Part shown: piece by piece, positions 12,888 through 24,215 of the stretch
How the letters are laid out: each line of letters starts with the position of its first letter
Numbering within the stretch: the first letter of the stretch is position 1
NCBI GenBank assembly: GCA_937625935.1
Contig: OW569378.1
Span: 124,001-188,000 of the forward strand
DNA: 64,000 nucleotides
Source: Tetramitus jugosus
Lineage: Eukaryota; Protista; Heterolobosea
Direction of reading: 5' to 3'
Notes under the pieces: generated by a model
The model's database searches: none
Told to the model about the DNA's origin: nothing
Seen by the model: only the letters and a program-made list of their open reading frames with translations
Translations under genes and position numbers: made by a program

Positions 12888-13453
12888 ATGGATCCACTGT
12901 CAAAAATTAAGGCTGCCAATTTTACAAAGGCTGATGAAGAAGTGTTGAAGGGATGCGGTAAATCCATGGTCATCTATGGTGGTATTGGTGGTCTTCTCTC
13001 TGCCAGTTCAGTTGGCTTTTTGTTGACCAGAAAGAAGCAAGCATTTCAACCAAGAATCCGAATCATTGTTACTTCATGTGTGTATCATCCCTAGGAGAAC
13101 TCTATTCGACGAATCATCGATTTTCATTTTTTCTTTTGTTGATTTTTTGGGCACCATGTGGCATTGTATGCGATATGCGTGTCAGTTGGTATGAGGTGAC
13201 GATAATACTGACCACACACACTCCACTCCACTATTTTTTTTTCCTTTGATTAGTGAGTATGATGATTGGTGTGTATGCAGGTGCAACAGTTGGTGCTGCT
13301 CAGTGCCTTCCACAACTTGTCAAATTGGATACACCATTGGGTGCACAAGCAAGAACCATGTTTGGAGGAGAGTTGCCATCATCATCTAATTCACAAGGCT
13401 CATCATCATCTCTGATTAAACGAACAGAAGAACCTGATGATCATTCACAATAA
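12888..13453 (+). CDS. small two-TM protein, OCIA-domain-like (probably mitochondrial); exons 12888-13077, 13254-13453
   Basis: Intron 13078-13253 joins two short ORFs. EEVLKGC - TM - TM - CLPQLVKLDTPLGAQAR resembles the OCIA-domain layout. Confidence 0.6.
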
Positions 13454-13677
13454 GAACCGAACTACCAATACAATCAATAAAAGAAGGCGGAGAATAAGTA
13501 ATGACACCTCCTGTCATGTCCTTTCCTAACAGAAAAAAACGAGTTCGACGACTCCTTCCGTCGTGCGACAAGACAACAACAACACCAGACACACACGATA
13601 AAACAAAGACACAATATACATAATAACCGACATCATCACCCCATCTATTGTAATTATATATAAATACAAGGCTAAAC

Positions 13678-16600
13678 ATGAGAAAGAATAATCAACACTC
13701 AAAAACATGGGACGGAAATGTAAAAAAGAATGCTCAGTCCTCTGCTCAGTCACCACAACAACAACAACATCAACATCAACAACATCAGCAACACCACCAG
13801 CAACAATCTCAAGTCAACATTAAAATTCACTTGAACAAGTATCAACATCACTTGATGACTCATGTACCGACTCAACTCACCATGGATCAACTCTTGTATC
13901 GACTGATTGAAGAGAGATCACTGTTTCACATGATTGGTAGTGTGTCTCAATACAGATTCAAGTACAATCACAAGGACACTGTCTATTATAATCAGACGAG
14001 TGCTGACTTGATTATTAAACAGGAGAAGAAACGAATACAAAAGGCATTAAAGAAAAAAACGGGTAGTAAACTGTTTCCATATGCTGCACCAGTGACTGCT
14101 TCTAGTACCACTGATAGTCATAGTAGTAGTAATAACAACAATAACAACAACAACAACAGTAATAACAGTAGCAGTCATAGTAGGAGCAATAGTAATAGCA
14201 GTAGTTATGAAAAGAGGACGAGTTCATCATCCGTCATTGATATTCTACCATTTGAAACACTGTACGAGCTCATACAACAACACTATTCCATCTCTAGATT
14301 TTCATCATCATCAACATCATCTCACACCATGAATCATCACAACAATAATAACAACAACAACAATAGTGACAATCATACTGGTGGTGGTAGTGGTGGTGGT
14401 ATTCAATTGATTGAATTGACATTGGACCCTCAATTGGATCCCAATCACTTTACGTCTCTGTTTGGTCAACCACTTGAATTTACGTGCAAGAATTATTTCA
14501 AGACATATGATCGATTCACCAACGACTCTATCACCATGCCCCAAAATCTTCAGTATTGTTTCCACTATTTGAATCATCATGGTGATGTCACGTTTAACAC
14601 ACAGGGCATATTCAGAGTCAACGGTTCTCATGCTCAAATGGAAAAGTATCGATTGTTGTGGACTCAGGGTATCTATGATGATCCAATCATCACGACTCAT
14701 GGTACCATGGATGACAATAACAACACTAGTGCAAAGAAGAATGTGCAGGAAAATGTGTTGAACATTGCAGGTGTATTGAAACTGTATCTGAGACAGTTGC
14801 CAGAACCATTGATTGAACACGTGTTTTTCAAGAATGTGAAAAATTTGTTTGCAGTGGAATCGATTACGGATGAGAGACGATTGAACGGACTGAGAAATCT
14901 GATTCATGAACTGTCGTTGAGTCACTATATCGTGTTGGAGCATTTGATGGCACTGTGTCACAAGATTCAAAAGAATAGTCATGTCAATAGTATGACGAGT
15001 CAAAATCTGGCGACATGTCTCTCACCCAACATTCTCTATGATCCAGTACAGGTACAGCCACCTGTGCCTACAATGACGAACAAGAGTGCAAATACGACTT
15101 CCAATACGACTGGTGTTGCTACTGCGGATACTAAGCCATCGTTGACACCAAAGGAGATGATGCAATTAAAGGTGCAAGAGACACGAATCATGAATGATAT
15201 TGTAGCGTTCATGATTGATAATTATACGAGTTTGTTTACGCACAGTGCCATCTATGATGATGAGTTGAGAGGATTGGAGGACTATACGACAGATTATGAC
15301 AAGAATCGAAAGCAGTATCAGAATGGTGCAGTGAACAATAATCATACATTGTTGAGTGGTGGTGGTGGTAATAGTACTAGTAGTGGTTCTTCTCAACCTT
15401 TGAATGCTGTTTCTACTGCCGCTTCAACTTCTTCTTCGTCCAACAACGAAAAGCAGTCAATACCATTGAGTGTATCTGCAGATAAGGGAACAGATGGTGA
15501 TGTATCATCTTCATCAGCTTCTTCATCTTTATCCCTCAGTGGAAACACGACATTAACAACGAATGCCTCCATGTTCACAAATCACAAGAGTGGTATTGTG
15601 AATATTGAAGTTATTCGAGGCATCAATTTGATTGCAGCAGACTCCAATGGCACATCTGATCCCTATGTACTCATTGAGCTCAACAAACAAATCAGTTCAA
15701 CACGGTTCATTCACAAGACTCTGAATCCAGTGTTCATGGAACAGTTTGATATGATTACGAATGACTACACAACAGATGTCATTAAAATATCAGTCTATGA
15801 TAGAGATAAGCTCATGTCTGATGATTTGTTGGGCAGAGCAGAAATCAAGTTATCCAGTGCTCCACACAGAGGTAAGAAACAAGTGTTCCATGTCCCGTTG
15901 TCTGACGTCAAGCACGGTTCGCTCGAAATTGCTATCACTCCAGTCAATTATGGGCAGTGGATCGAAAGAGCAGCATTGAAGCCAAAACCAAGCATGGTCA
16001 TTGTTCACAACAAGGCTCCGACGATTGCAGCACCATCCAAGGACAAGTCTATTGTTCATCATGCTGTCATCTCTGATCAGCTGATGAGTCAACAGCAACA
16101 GGTATCAACAACAGTTGGGGAAGAGAAGAAACATGAGTCAAACATTCCACAAAAGTCAATTCCATCTGATTTTATTGTCTCTGTGAGCAACAAGATCAAC
16201 TCCAATGTGCACTATCCAAAATTGTGTGCAGCAAGGAACAGTGCTCCGTTGCCATCTGATCCTTCACTCCACATGGAACAAATTTATTTGGATGCGTATG
16301 AACAAGCAGCATCCAAGCATGAATCACAGTTCCCATTCAATGATTACGCTGTGTTATTTGGCAATGATGTACAAATTGATTTCAAACATCAGCATTATGA
16401 TCACTCAGACTCAGGATTGTCATTGTTGTTGCCTGGTGATATGGATTGGACATCACTCAGGAGCATTGTGGAGGCACTAGAGGACAAAACAAGGTGGAAT
16501 GTCTTGTTCAAGACTATTCAGTGCTACGTGGCTCTTCTGATCCTGTTGTCAAACAGCAAGAATATCGATAGAATGCACATTCATTTGCCACAAGAGTTGA

Positions 16601-18423
16601 CCAAATTGGTGACTTACTTGGGAATACCATCCTTGGATCTGCTGAGTCAACTCACAAACAGCGATTCATCTATTCACTTTTTCGATTATTTGGTTCATCG
16701 TCTACTCAAGCACAACAAGTCACTGTTGGATGATGTGATTGGTGTGGCTCAAGTATTCCAATCCGAGTATTCTCACAGCAGTACAGTGAGACAATACATG
16801 AGTCAGACCACAATCGATCAACTCTACCAGAAGATGTCACAACATAATCACCATTATAGTCACCAACAGAGTGATCTTGTCAAACGATTGAGCCAGTTGG
16901 AGAACAGTGCGACACCTGGTCACAATATTCTCGAATTCCTTCATCAGATTTCTATTCGAGTGAACAAGATTGGTGCTGATAGGAATAACATGAGTCGGTT
17001 GAATCATTTGAGCTTTGCAAGCTTGGGTGAACATTCTCAGAGTATGATATTCGCACAGTCGTCTGATGAATCATTGCCCATTGATGTGTTAGAGTTTATA
17101 TCTGTGTTTGGCAACGATACACAGTCCATTGATGTCATCCAACAAGCAATCACTAGTTTGCATGTGTCCATGGAAAAGAAACTGGATGAATTGAACAACA
17201 TTGTTCCCCTAAACAATCTAAGATCAATGATCACTAATATGCGCTCGAGTGATACATCGAAAGCACAGGCATTGGCTCAGTTCCTCGGTGAACAATTTGT
17301 GCCTCACTTGCACGAGTTTGTCATCTATAATCCCACTGCTACTTCCTATCTTCCATTCTATGAGTTGTTGGAAGAGTGGAGAACGAGTGCTGAGATGAGA
17401 GATTGCATCGATGCAGTACATATTCCTCACTACAGTTTGCCAAGAGAGCTCTCTCGTGTGACAAGCATGGATCAAAGTCTCAGAAAGGACATATCAGTAC
17501 TTACCTCTTCACCCATACTCATCTCACTGATCAAATATCTGGCGATTATGGCACAGATTGGATCGAGAGGTGAATTGACTCACATAGGTGCTCACAACAT
17601 GCATGATATACTTGTGATGCTCGAGAGGACACAGAGCAGAAATGATTGGCAATTGATTGATTTCTTGGCTGATTTGATGCTCAAGGAGTTTGGTGCTTCG
17701 ATGCAACAGGCAGGTTCAGAGTTGAGTTGTACTGTGAAATCAATCATTGACACCATCCATTCTTTCCGTGGTGCCAAGAGAAACATGAATGAATACATGT
17801 CGAAACTGAGATCACTGACTCAGCAAGACAAGTGTATTTCTCAATTTGAACAAGAACTATCATTGTTGCCAATGAATGGCATTGAACAGACGATAACAAT
17901 TGTGTGCAAATTGTTCAATGGATCATCGCCATCGTCATCAGGTGAACAGAGTAGTGACTCCTTGGATGGAATCAAGGCTCTGTACACTCTGTTGCACAAA
18001 TTGTCCTGCCATTCGTATTGTGTACGAGGTTTCCTATTGGACAACATGTATTCGAACAAGCCAACTCTCAACACCAGTAACAATAGCCTGCGATCACTGG
18101 TGACAAGTTCAGAAAAGAATTATCAGTACCCTCGTGCCATATTGCGTCAAGTGAAGAGCATGAGTGATCTGATTCAATTGATGAATGAACCGAATCGCAC
18201 CACAGTGTCTCAGTTGCTAAATGGTAGGGGTGGATTGTTGAAGCGCGTGCTGGATCGAATCGAGTCATTGGAATGTGTGACTTATGGTCAAAGGTTGAAC
18301 GTGTCTGATCTGTACTCTCTGGTCGTCAAGCTGTCAGGGAACAAGAGCTCTTCATCCGAGTCAGAATCTGTTCTGCATGCCCTGCAAATGATGTTGCTGT
18401 TGGAGAATTATTCGGCACAATAA
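13678..18423 (+). CDS. RhoGAP + C2 domain protein with degenerate formin FH2-like C-terminal repeats
   Basis: SLFGQPLE, GIFRVNGS (Arg finger), LKLYLRQLPEPL, NSMTSQNLATCLSPNIL; C2 NLIAADSNGTSDPYV..VYDRDKLMSDDLLG. Single 1581-aa ORF. Confidence 0.88.
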   Translation: MRKNNQHSKTWDGNVKKNAQSSAQSPQQQQHQHQQHQQHHQQQSQVNIKIHLNKYQHHLMTHVPTQLTMDQLLYRLIEERSLFHMIGSVSQYRFKYNHKDTVYYNQTSADLIIKQEKKRIQKALKKKTGSKLFPYAAPVTASSTTDSHSSSNNNNNNNNNSNNSSSHSRSNSNSSSYEKRTSSSSVIDILPFETLYELIQQHYSISRFSSSSTSSHTMNHHNNNNNNNNSDNHTGGGSGGGIQLIELTLDPQLDPNHFTSLFGQPLEFTCKNYFKTYDRFTNDSITMPQNLQYCFHYLNHHGDVTFNTQGIFRVNGSHAQMEKYRLLWTQGIYDDPIITTHGTMDDNNNTSAKKNVQENVLNIAGVLKLYLRQLPEPLIEHVFFKNVKNLFAVESITDERRLNGLRNLIHELSLSHYIVLEHLMALCHKIQKNSHVNSMTSQNLATCLSPNILYDPVQVQPPVPTMTNKSANTTSNTTGVATADTKPSLTPKEMMQLKVQETRIMNDIVAFMIDNYTSLFTHSAIYDDELRGLEDYTTDYDKNRKQYQNGAVNNNHTLLSGGGGNSTSSGSSQPLNAVSTAASTSSSSNNEKQSIPLSVSADKGTDGDVSSSSASSSLSLSGNTTLTTNASMFTNHKSGIVNIEVIRGINLIAADSNGTSDPYVLIELNKQISSTRFIHKTLNPVFMEQFDMITNDYTTDVIKISVYDRDKLMSDDLLGRAEIKLSSAPHRGKKQVFHVPLSDVKHGSLEIAITPVNYGQWIERAALKPKPSMVIVHNKAPTIAAPSKDKSIVHHAVISDQLMSQQQQVSTTVGEEKKHESNIPQKSIPSDFIVSVSNKINSNVHYPKLCAARNSAPLPSDPSLHMEQIYLDAYEQAASKHESQFPFNDYAVLFGNDVQIDFKHQHYDHSDSGLSLLLPGDMDWTSLRSIVEALEDKTRWNVLFKTIQCYVALLILLSNSKNIDRMHIHLPQELTKLVTYLGIPSLDLLSQLTNSDSSIHFFDYLVHRLLKHNKSLLDDVIGVAQVFQSEYSHSSTVRQYMSQTTIDQLYQKMSQHNHHYSHQQSDLVKRLSQLENSATPGHNILEFLHQISIRVNKIGADRNNMSRLNHLSFASLGEHSQSMIFAQSSDESLPIDVLEFISVFGNDTQSIDVIQQAITSLHVSMEKKLDELNNIVPLNNLRSMITNMRSSDTSKAQALAQFLGEQFVPHLHEFVIYNPTATSYLPFYELLEEWRTSAEMRDCIDAVHIPHYSLPRELSRVTSMDQSLRKDISVLTSSPILISLIKYLAIMAQIGSRGELTHIGAHNMHDILVMLERTQSRNDWQLIDFLADLMLKEFGASMQQAGSELSCTVKSIIDTIHSFRGAKRNMNEYMSKLRSLTQQDKCISQFEQELSLLPMNGIEQTITIVCKLFNGSSPSSSGEQSSDSLDGIKALYTLLHKLSCHSYCVRGFLLDNMYSNKPTLNTSNNSLRSLVTSSEKNYQYPRAILRQVKSMSDLIQLMNEPNRTTVSQLLNGRGGLLKRVLDRIESLECVTYGQRLNVSDLYSLVVKLSGNKSSSSESESVLHALQMMLLLENYSAQ

Positions 18424-18513
18424 AGATTTTCCTCCATTTTTCACTTGCGCTTTTTGCTGATAAAACAATCATCACTTGATCATTGCGTCTTGACTAATAA
18501 TTGAGAGAGACAA

Positions 18514-21090
18514 ATGAGAAGAAGACTGTACGCATTTCATCATCACTACCGATGCAGCAACAAACGACAATTGTCACTACTGACAACAACAAGCAAAGAT
18601 GTCGTCTTTCATTGTCACAGGAATTCTTCTGTTCTTGATCAACATGCATTCACTATCACCACCAAGAGAAATCTAGTCAATATCAATTCCATTATTTATT
18701 CTGATCCACCACAAGAGTCATCATCATCATCATCATCCACACCACCACCATCTACACCATCTGCACCATCATCATCATCATCTCATGACCAATCAATTTT
18801 GAATCATGAACATGATGCGAGACAACAAGAGATTAGAAAAACAACAAACAACAATAATCAACAACAACAACAATCCAATAACAGTCAATCGAATGAAGAA
18901 ACAACCACTTTTCGAGAGAATGATAAAGATTGGGAAGAACAAGAAGAACAAGAAACCAATCGAAAACTCAAGAGAATTGCACTCTATTGGGTGTATCCAA
19001 TTGCAATCATCATTGCATCCTATTCCATGTACTCTGATGATTCATTGGCTCGCATGTTCCGCACTCTCTATCACACTCTTCATCTCACCTATCTCTATCG
19101 GAAGCATCATCATCACAAGATGAAGAAGAATACAATGATGACTGATAATAATAATAGTATGAGTGAAGAAGAACATGAAGAACACGAGTTTCACATGTAC
19201 TGTGCTCAATACATGCTCAAGAATATCATTCTAGTCAATGGAGGTATATTTATAAAGATGGGACAAACGATTGCCAGTTTGCATCACATTGTACCTCCAG
19301 AGTACATTCATGTGTTCTCTACATGCTTTTCTTCTTCACCTAATCCTAATACTAGTTCTTCTCATATGAATGCTGATGGTGATAATGATAACAACAATAA
19401 GAAGAAGAAGAAGAATGAACCACTGCGATTGATTCATCAAGACTATCAAACCATTAGTCAAGTGTTTTATGAAGAATTTGGTCAATATCCACATCAAGTG
19501 TTTGATGCGTTTGATCCCATTCCATTCGCATGTGCTTCCATGGCTCAAGTGCACTTGGCTCGATTGAAGAATACTGGTGAACAAGTGGCAGTCAAGATTC
19601 AATACCAGGGACTCAAGGAACGACTCAATGGTGATTTTTATTATCTGGGACTGTTGAAACGATTCTTGTCCTCATTATCATCATCAGATGATAAGAATAC
19701 GAATACAGTTGGATGGTTATTGGATGATTTTTATCACAATACACTGGTAGAGTTGGATTTTGAGCAGGAGGCTCGCAACTGTGACTTGTTTCGTCAATTG
19801 TTTCACGAGTCGAGTCATGGACGAGTGACGAGTCCATTGATCCATTGGCCCTACACATCCAAACGAGTCATTACCATGGAGTACATTGATGGTGTTTCAT
19901 TCCAGTCACTTCAGCACCATACGACTACCACTACTACTACTACGACTACGACTAGTACCACAGATCAGAATCAGAAGACTGCTGCTACTACAAAGAAAAA
20001 GATGAATCGTAGCCAGCATAATAATGCTGTGAGAAATGAATTGTATCAATTGTTGTGTGATACGTATGGGAAGCAATTGTTTGTTCACGGTGTAGTCCAC
20101 ATGGATCCGCATCAAGGCAATATTCTTGTCAGAAGACAATCATCTTCTTCATCATCTTCATCTGCACCTATGCAACTGGTATTCTTGGATCATGGACTGT
20201 ATAGAAGATTGGATCCTGTTCTCAGATTGCACTATTGTAAGTTGTATGAATCGTTGGTATTGTCATCGTCATCATCTCATAAACATGAGGGTCATCACGC
20301 AAGTCATGATCCCTATGCCACTGTAGAACAATTCATGGATCGATATGTGAAGAAGGACAATAGACCAAAGTCTCCTTCATCATCATTGTCCCATTCATCT
20401 GCATTACCAATGATGAGCAACACGAGTCAAAAGCAGTTGTTTGCCAGTATGATACTCGGTATTCCGTATCATGAGCATGACATTGGCCTGTACTCCAGTC
20501 TATACAATGCTATGAAGATGAATACAGCATCAAGCACCAGCAGTCACAACACGAAACACATCCATCATGAGGCACAACGACCGAACGAGACACAGCAATA
20601 TGTATTGGATCATTGGAGAGAAATGATTCACATTCTATCAAAATTACCATCAGATGTTTTATTGCTCATGAAGACATCAGAGCTCTTGTTCAACTTGTTT
20701 TCTCAATTGCAACCTCAGTCTACACACAGCACTGAAAGCTCTGAAAACGTATCCAACGTGTCATACATGTCCTCTTTTGCCAAATATGCACGTCAAGCAT
20801 TGAATGAGCACTATTCTCTCGTGTTTCAAAATGAATTGAAGTCTGAGCTATTTCCAGAGAGGAGGCACAAGCGCAATCCCTCAAGTCTTTATGCTGAGGA
20901 TGAGTATGATGAGGGAGACAAGAACCAGATGCGGAACCAGCTTTCATTATGGTTTTCGACAAACTATTGGACATACTTGTTCAAGAGTGCTTGCAAGAAG
21001 GTTGAGTTGAAAGTGCAGTATTATCGCATCTGTTTAACATTGTATTGGGCTTATGTACGGTTTGCAGTCCACATAAATCATTCTCCCTAA
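18514..21090 (+). CDS. ABC1/UbiB (ADCK1/5-like) atypical kinase, likely mitochondrial
   Basis: NGGIFIKMGQ, PFACASMAQVH, VAVKIQY, ELDFEQEARN, HMDPHQGN, FLDHGLY; Arg-rich N-terminal presequence. Confidence 0.92.
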   Translation: MRRRLYAFHHHYRCSNKRQLSLLTTTSKDVVFHCHRNSSVLDQHAFTITTKRNLVNINSIIYSDPPQESSSSSSSTPPPSTPSAPSSSSSHDQSILNHEHDARQQEIRKTTNNNNQQQQQSNNSQSNEETTTFRENDKDWEEQEEQETNRKLKRIALYWVYPIAIIIASYSMYSDDSLARMFRTLYHTLHLTYLYRKHHHHKMKKNTMMTDNNNSMSEEEHEEHEFHMYCAQYMLKNIILVNGGIFIKMGQTIASLHHIVPPEYIHVFSTCFSSSPNPNTSSSHMNADGDNDNNNKKKKKNEPLRLIHQDYQTISQVFYEEFGQYPHQVFDAFDPIPFACASMAQVHLARLKNTGEQVAVKIQYQGLKERLNGDFYYLGLLKRFLSSLSSSDDKNTNTVGWLLDDFYHNTLVELDFEQEARNCDLFRQLFHESSHGRVTSPLIHWPYTSKRVITMEYIDGVSFQSLQHHTTTTTTTTTTTSTTDQNQKTAATTKKKMNRSQHNNAVRNELYQLLCDTYGKQLFVHGVVHMDPHQGNILVRRQSSSSSSSSAPMQLVFLDHGLYRRLDPVLRLHYCKLYESLVLSSSSSHKHEGHHASHDPYATVEQFMDRYVKKDNRPKSPSSSLSHSSALPMMSNTSQKQLFASMILGIPYHEHDIGLYSSLYNAMKMNTASSTSSHNTKHIHHEAQRPNETQQYVLDHWREMIHILSKLPSDVLLLMKTSELLFNLFSQLQPQSTHSTESSENVSNVSYMSSFAKYARQALNEHYSLVFQNELKSELFPERRHKRNPSSLYAEDEYDEGDKNQMRNQLSLWFSTNYWTYLFKSACKKVELKVQYYRICLTLYWAYVRFAVHINHSP

Positions 21091-21159
21091 CTTTTTCGAG
21101 TCTAGTTTTTGACTACTTTTTGATTGAACTACCGCAGATTATTGGACCTGGATCAAAGT

Positions 21160-22497
21160 TTACTTGAAACCAAACGTGACATCACTGAACTGCGACCGGG
21201 ATGTGGAATCTTTCAGATTGGTCATAAAGAACAACAAACTCGTTTTCGATGCTGGATATTTCAATAACACCATGTTGACGTAGTACCCAGAGGCATAACT
21301 GGTTATTTGATAATTGGGATCATCCAATATTTGACAGTAGTCCGAGCTGGACTCTTGTTCTTCAAGTTTGAGCGACTTGTTGTTGTTGAGCTGAAGATCG
21401 AACAAGCGCCCACTCCTCGCATCAACAACATGAAACGTTCTCGCTCTGGCGGTGACCATTGGGTTCCCTATTGCTGAAGCATCACAATACCGCAAGGTTC
21501 GATCCGTGACACACAGACTATCTGAAGTAAAAACACGCTTCATAGAGTCCACAAAACCCATGTCGTACCACCTGCATGAAAAGTCTTTGACGAGTGCGGT
21601 GCCAAGCCGACTCAAATCTAACTTCACAAAACCATACAAACGCATGTTACAATGTAAAGTGACATCTAGGATATGCCCTGCCACATATACATCACTTTGT
21701 GACGTCAATACAGCCGTAAAGGTTTCTCCACCATCAATCTTTGTCAAACGGCAGAAATTAAAAAGCTCTCTGGATTCATTTGATAGGTCAATGATTTGGG
21801 CTTCCACTGCTTCATCTGCATACGAAATACCTCCAACTCCCAATTTACAATGTCTGTTCGATCCCAGAGAATACACTTGATCATCTCCATATCTTGCGTC
21901 ATATTGAAACACGACCTGTTCAGTACCAACTCCAAAAGTGGAAATAGCCCCTTTGGTTAATCTAAGAGTAGGTTCGGTTGCAGAGACGAACTTTGATCCA
22001 AATTTTCCCACAGTGTACAACTCGTCATCTGTTGTAAGCAAAGCAGAGAACCAACCAGCACAAGCTATATCTTTGATTCGAATGTCGTGCTCCACAAACC
22101 ACAACAACAATGTTGGCAAGAATACATCTTCTCGATGCAGTGAATGGTCTTGATCATACGACAGCAATTGACCCTTTTTGTTGCTACCCAGTCCATAAAC
22201 AAAACCGTCTTCCGTCAAAAACAAGGAATGAATACTGCCCACAGCAATCTTCTTTAGCTCGATATTGGCTAGCTTCTGATCGAGCACATAGGGTATTTGC
22301 AGAGCTGAGAAACCAGGACAATGCCTTTCGACATTTTCCAATCTCATCGTTGATTGGGTTGTGTCCAGTTTCGCACCTACGCCCAAGATGTGTTCCGCTT
22401 GCTCCTCCCTCGTTTGCTCACTCCATATTTCCTGACGAGTCGCATCACGACCACATACGACCAGAACACTTTCGTTCTTGTTTGAATAATTAGTCAT
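21160..22497 (-). CDS. RCC1/BLIP-II-like beta-propeller repeat protein
   Basis: IAVGSIHSLFLTEDGFVYGLGSNKKGQL, IACAGWFSALLT, VYSLGSNRHCKLG, IDGGETFTAVLT. The ORF is open upstream to 22566; the first in-frame ATG is at 22497. Confidence 0.82.
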   Translation of the reverse strand: MTNYSNKNESVLVVCGRDATRQEIWSEQTREEQAEHILGVGAKLDTTQSTMRLENVERHCPGFSALQIPYVLDQKLANIELKKIAVGSIHSLFLTEDGFVYGLGSNKKGQLLSYDQDHSLHREDVFLPTLLLWFVEHDIRIKDIACAGWFSALLTTDDELYTVGKFGSKFVSATEPTLRLTKGAISTFGVGTEQVVFQYDARYGDDQVYSLGSNRHCKLGVGGISYADEAVEAQIIDLSNESRELFNFCRLTKIDGGETFTAVLTSQSDVYVAGHILDVTLHCNMRLYGFVKLDLSRLGTALVKDFSCRWYDMGFVDSMKRVFTSDSLCVTDRTLRYCDASAIGNPMVTARARTFHVVDARSGRLFDLQLNNNKSLKLEEQESSSDYCQILDDPNYQITSYASGYYVNMVLLKYPASKTSLLFFMTNLKDSTSRSQFSDVTFGFK

Positions 22498-22599
22498 TCG
22501 TAATTGCGTTTGTTTCCAGAACTCGCTCAAAGATGTTCTGCAACTTCCCTTAAAAAGTTCATCCAATCATTTGGAGCTCAAGAATAAGGAAAAACCATT

Positions 22600-22842
22600 T
22601 GAACCACCACAGAAAAAACAGTTATAACAAATTCGAGCTTGTTCTTTCCTGTTCATAGAAAATCCTTTTTAACAACGAAATTTAATAATGTAATTCACTA
22701 TTCTCTCTCGTTCATTATCTTTAATTTTGTAATTTAATCCAGTATCTATAATAATCTTAATTTTACTAGTGTTTAATTTCCATATTTAATTTATATAATG
22801 TGATATTAATATCTGTGTTAAGCGTTCTATCTTCTTATCTTT
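22600..22842. other. very AT-rich intergenic tract between divergent RCC1 and MYB genes
   Basis: Long A/T runs (e.g. tttaattttgtaatttaat), unlike other intergenic regions in the window. Confidence 0.6.
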
Positions 22843-23177
22843 TCAATGCTTGGTGCTTTTGTCCGATCCTTCATTGGAAGTTGCAGCTATAGCTGCTCGC
22901 CGTCTTGCGGATTTGGTTTCCTTTGCTGCCGTATGCGGACAACTTCTTCGTCTTCGAGTTCTCTTTTCCCCAAAAAGAAGTTGGGCATTCGATTGTATTC
23001 CAAGGAAATCGATTTCCCTATTCAAAAATATAGGAAGGAATTTAGAAATCAAGAGTTATCAAAACGATTTGTAAACCAAAATACAGATTCTGGGGAAATC
23101 ACAGGGATATCATTTTGTTTTTAAGATATCAACGACATCATCAAACACACAACAAACGTATCAGATATTAAATTTTC

Positions 23178-23966
23178 ATGTACTATCCATCGTTAGTTCA
23201 TCAAGATGAACAGTCAGAGAGGAACGGAGAAGCACTAACTCTGGAGATGATACTGTCACTGGCCACTTTCAATCATAATGCTGGTCACTTGGGTTCAACC
23301 TCCAACAATCAAAACACATTGTTCTCTCCTTATCCTGGCACCACTGTTCCCTCTCTTGAGACTCTTTCCTTTGTACAAACTGCTACTACTTGCATGTCGG
23401 AACAAGTCGTCGAATTGAAAGAACTTGATGAATTCACCCAATGGTACACATGGAACAATAATGAAGCTGTCAGACTCCAGGAGGCGTCAGTTGAACATCA
23501 TAACCTTTTTCATCTCGTGCAAGAATCATTGTTGATTCCTCAACCTCAACAACAGAATGACACACCAGACGCCAATGAAGTCATGAAAGTAGGAGAGTGC
23601 ACCCATTTTGGTACAGTCACCAATCACCCTGCAGAACCTGTAGCTGTTAGAGATATTGAACAGGAGAGCATTGAGCCATACCCAAGAAATTTCATTTTCA
23701 AAGGTTTTTCCTATGATAAGGAGAAGAACAAGATCAGATTTATCAATCATTGTGATTCCAAGGAAGGAAAGAATGATGGACCTTGGTCAGAGAGAGAACA
23801 CCAATTGTTCTTAATAGGTTTAAAGAGATTGGGAAGAGGCAAGTGGAGAGATATTAGTCAATCCTATGTCAGAACCCGTACCAGAATTCAAGTGGCTTCT
23901 CATGCTCAAAAGTACTTTGCCCGTCAGAGAATGAGAGGAAACAACGAATCAAACCCAAACGAGTAG
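23178..23966 (+). CDS. SHAQKYF-class single-repeat MYB transcription factor
   Basis: [47 protein letters not shown]. Confidence 0.93.
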   Translation: MYYPSLVHQDEQSERNGEALTLEMILSLATFNHNAGHLGSTSNNQNTLFSPYPGTTVPSLETLSFVQTATTCMSEQVVELKELDEFTQWYTWNNNEAVRLQEASVEHHNLFHLVQESLLIPQPQQQNDTPDANEVMKVGECTHFGTVTNHPAEPVAVRDIEQESIEPYPRNFIFKGFSYDKEKNKIRFINHCDSKEGKNDGPWSEREHQLFLIGLKRLGRGKWRDISQSYVRTRTRIQVASHAQKYFARQRMRGNNESNPNE

Positions 23967-24215
23967 ATATACTCTAATCTTACCAAAATCTCATTCGTTA
24001 GATTCACTGACGACGGTTGTATTGAAGTAAAAAACTGTTGTAGTTCAACCAGTCGACAATTCGCATTAGGCAATTTCCAAGAAAGGAACGTGTCAATCAC
24101 CCATCAAATGATGAAAACAAGAACAAAAAAGTAAGCGCTTTGGTTTTTTGAGTCGTCAACAACCACCGAACCTAATAAACCCATTCCCAAAACAACAACA
24201 TTATAATCATACGAG

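Noticed and set aside
22843-23124. Short ORFs upstream of the MYB gene
   Set aside because: No motifs or clear splice link; more likely promoter or 5' UTR.
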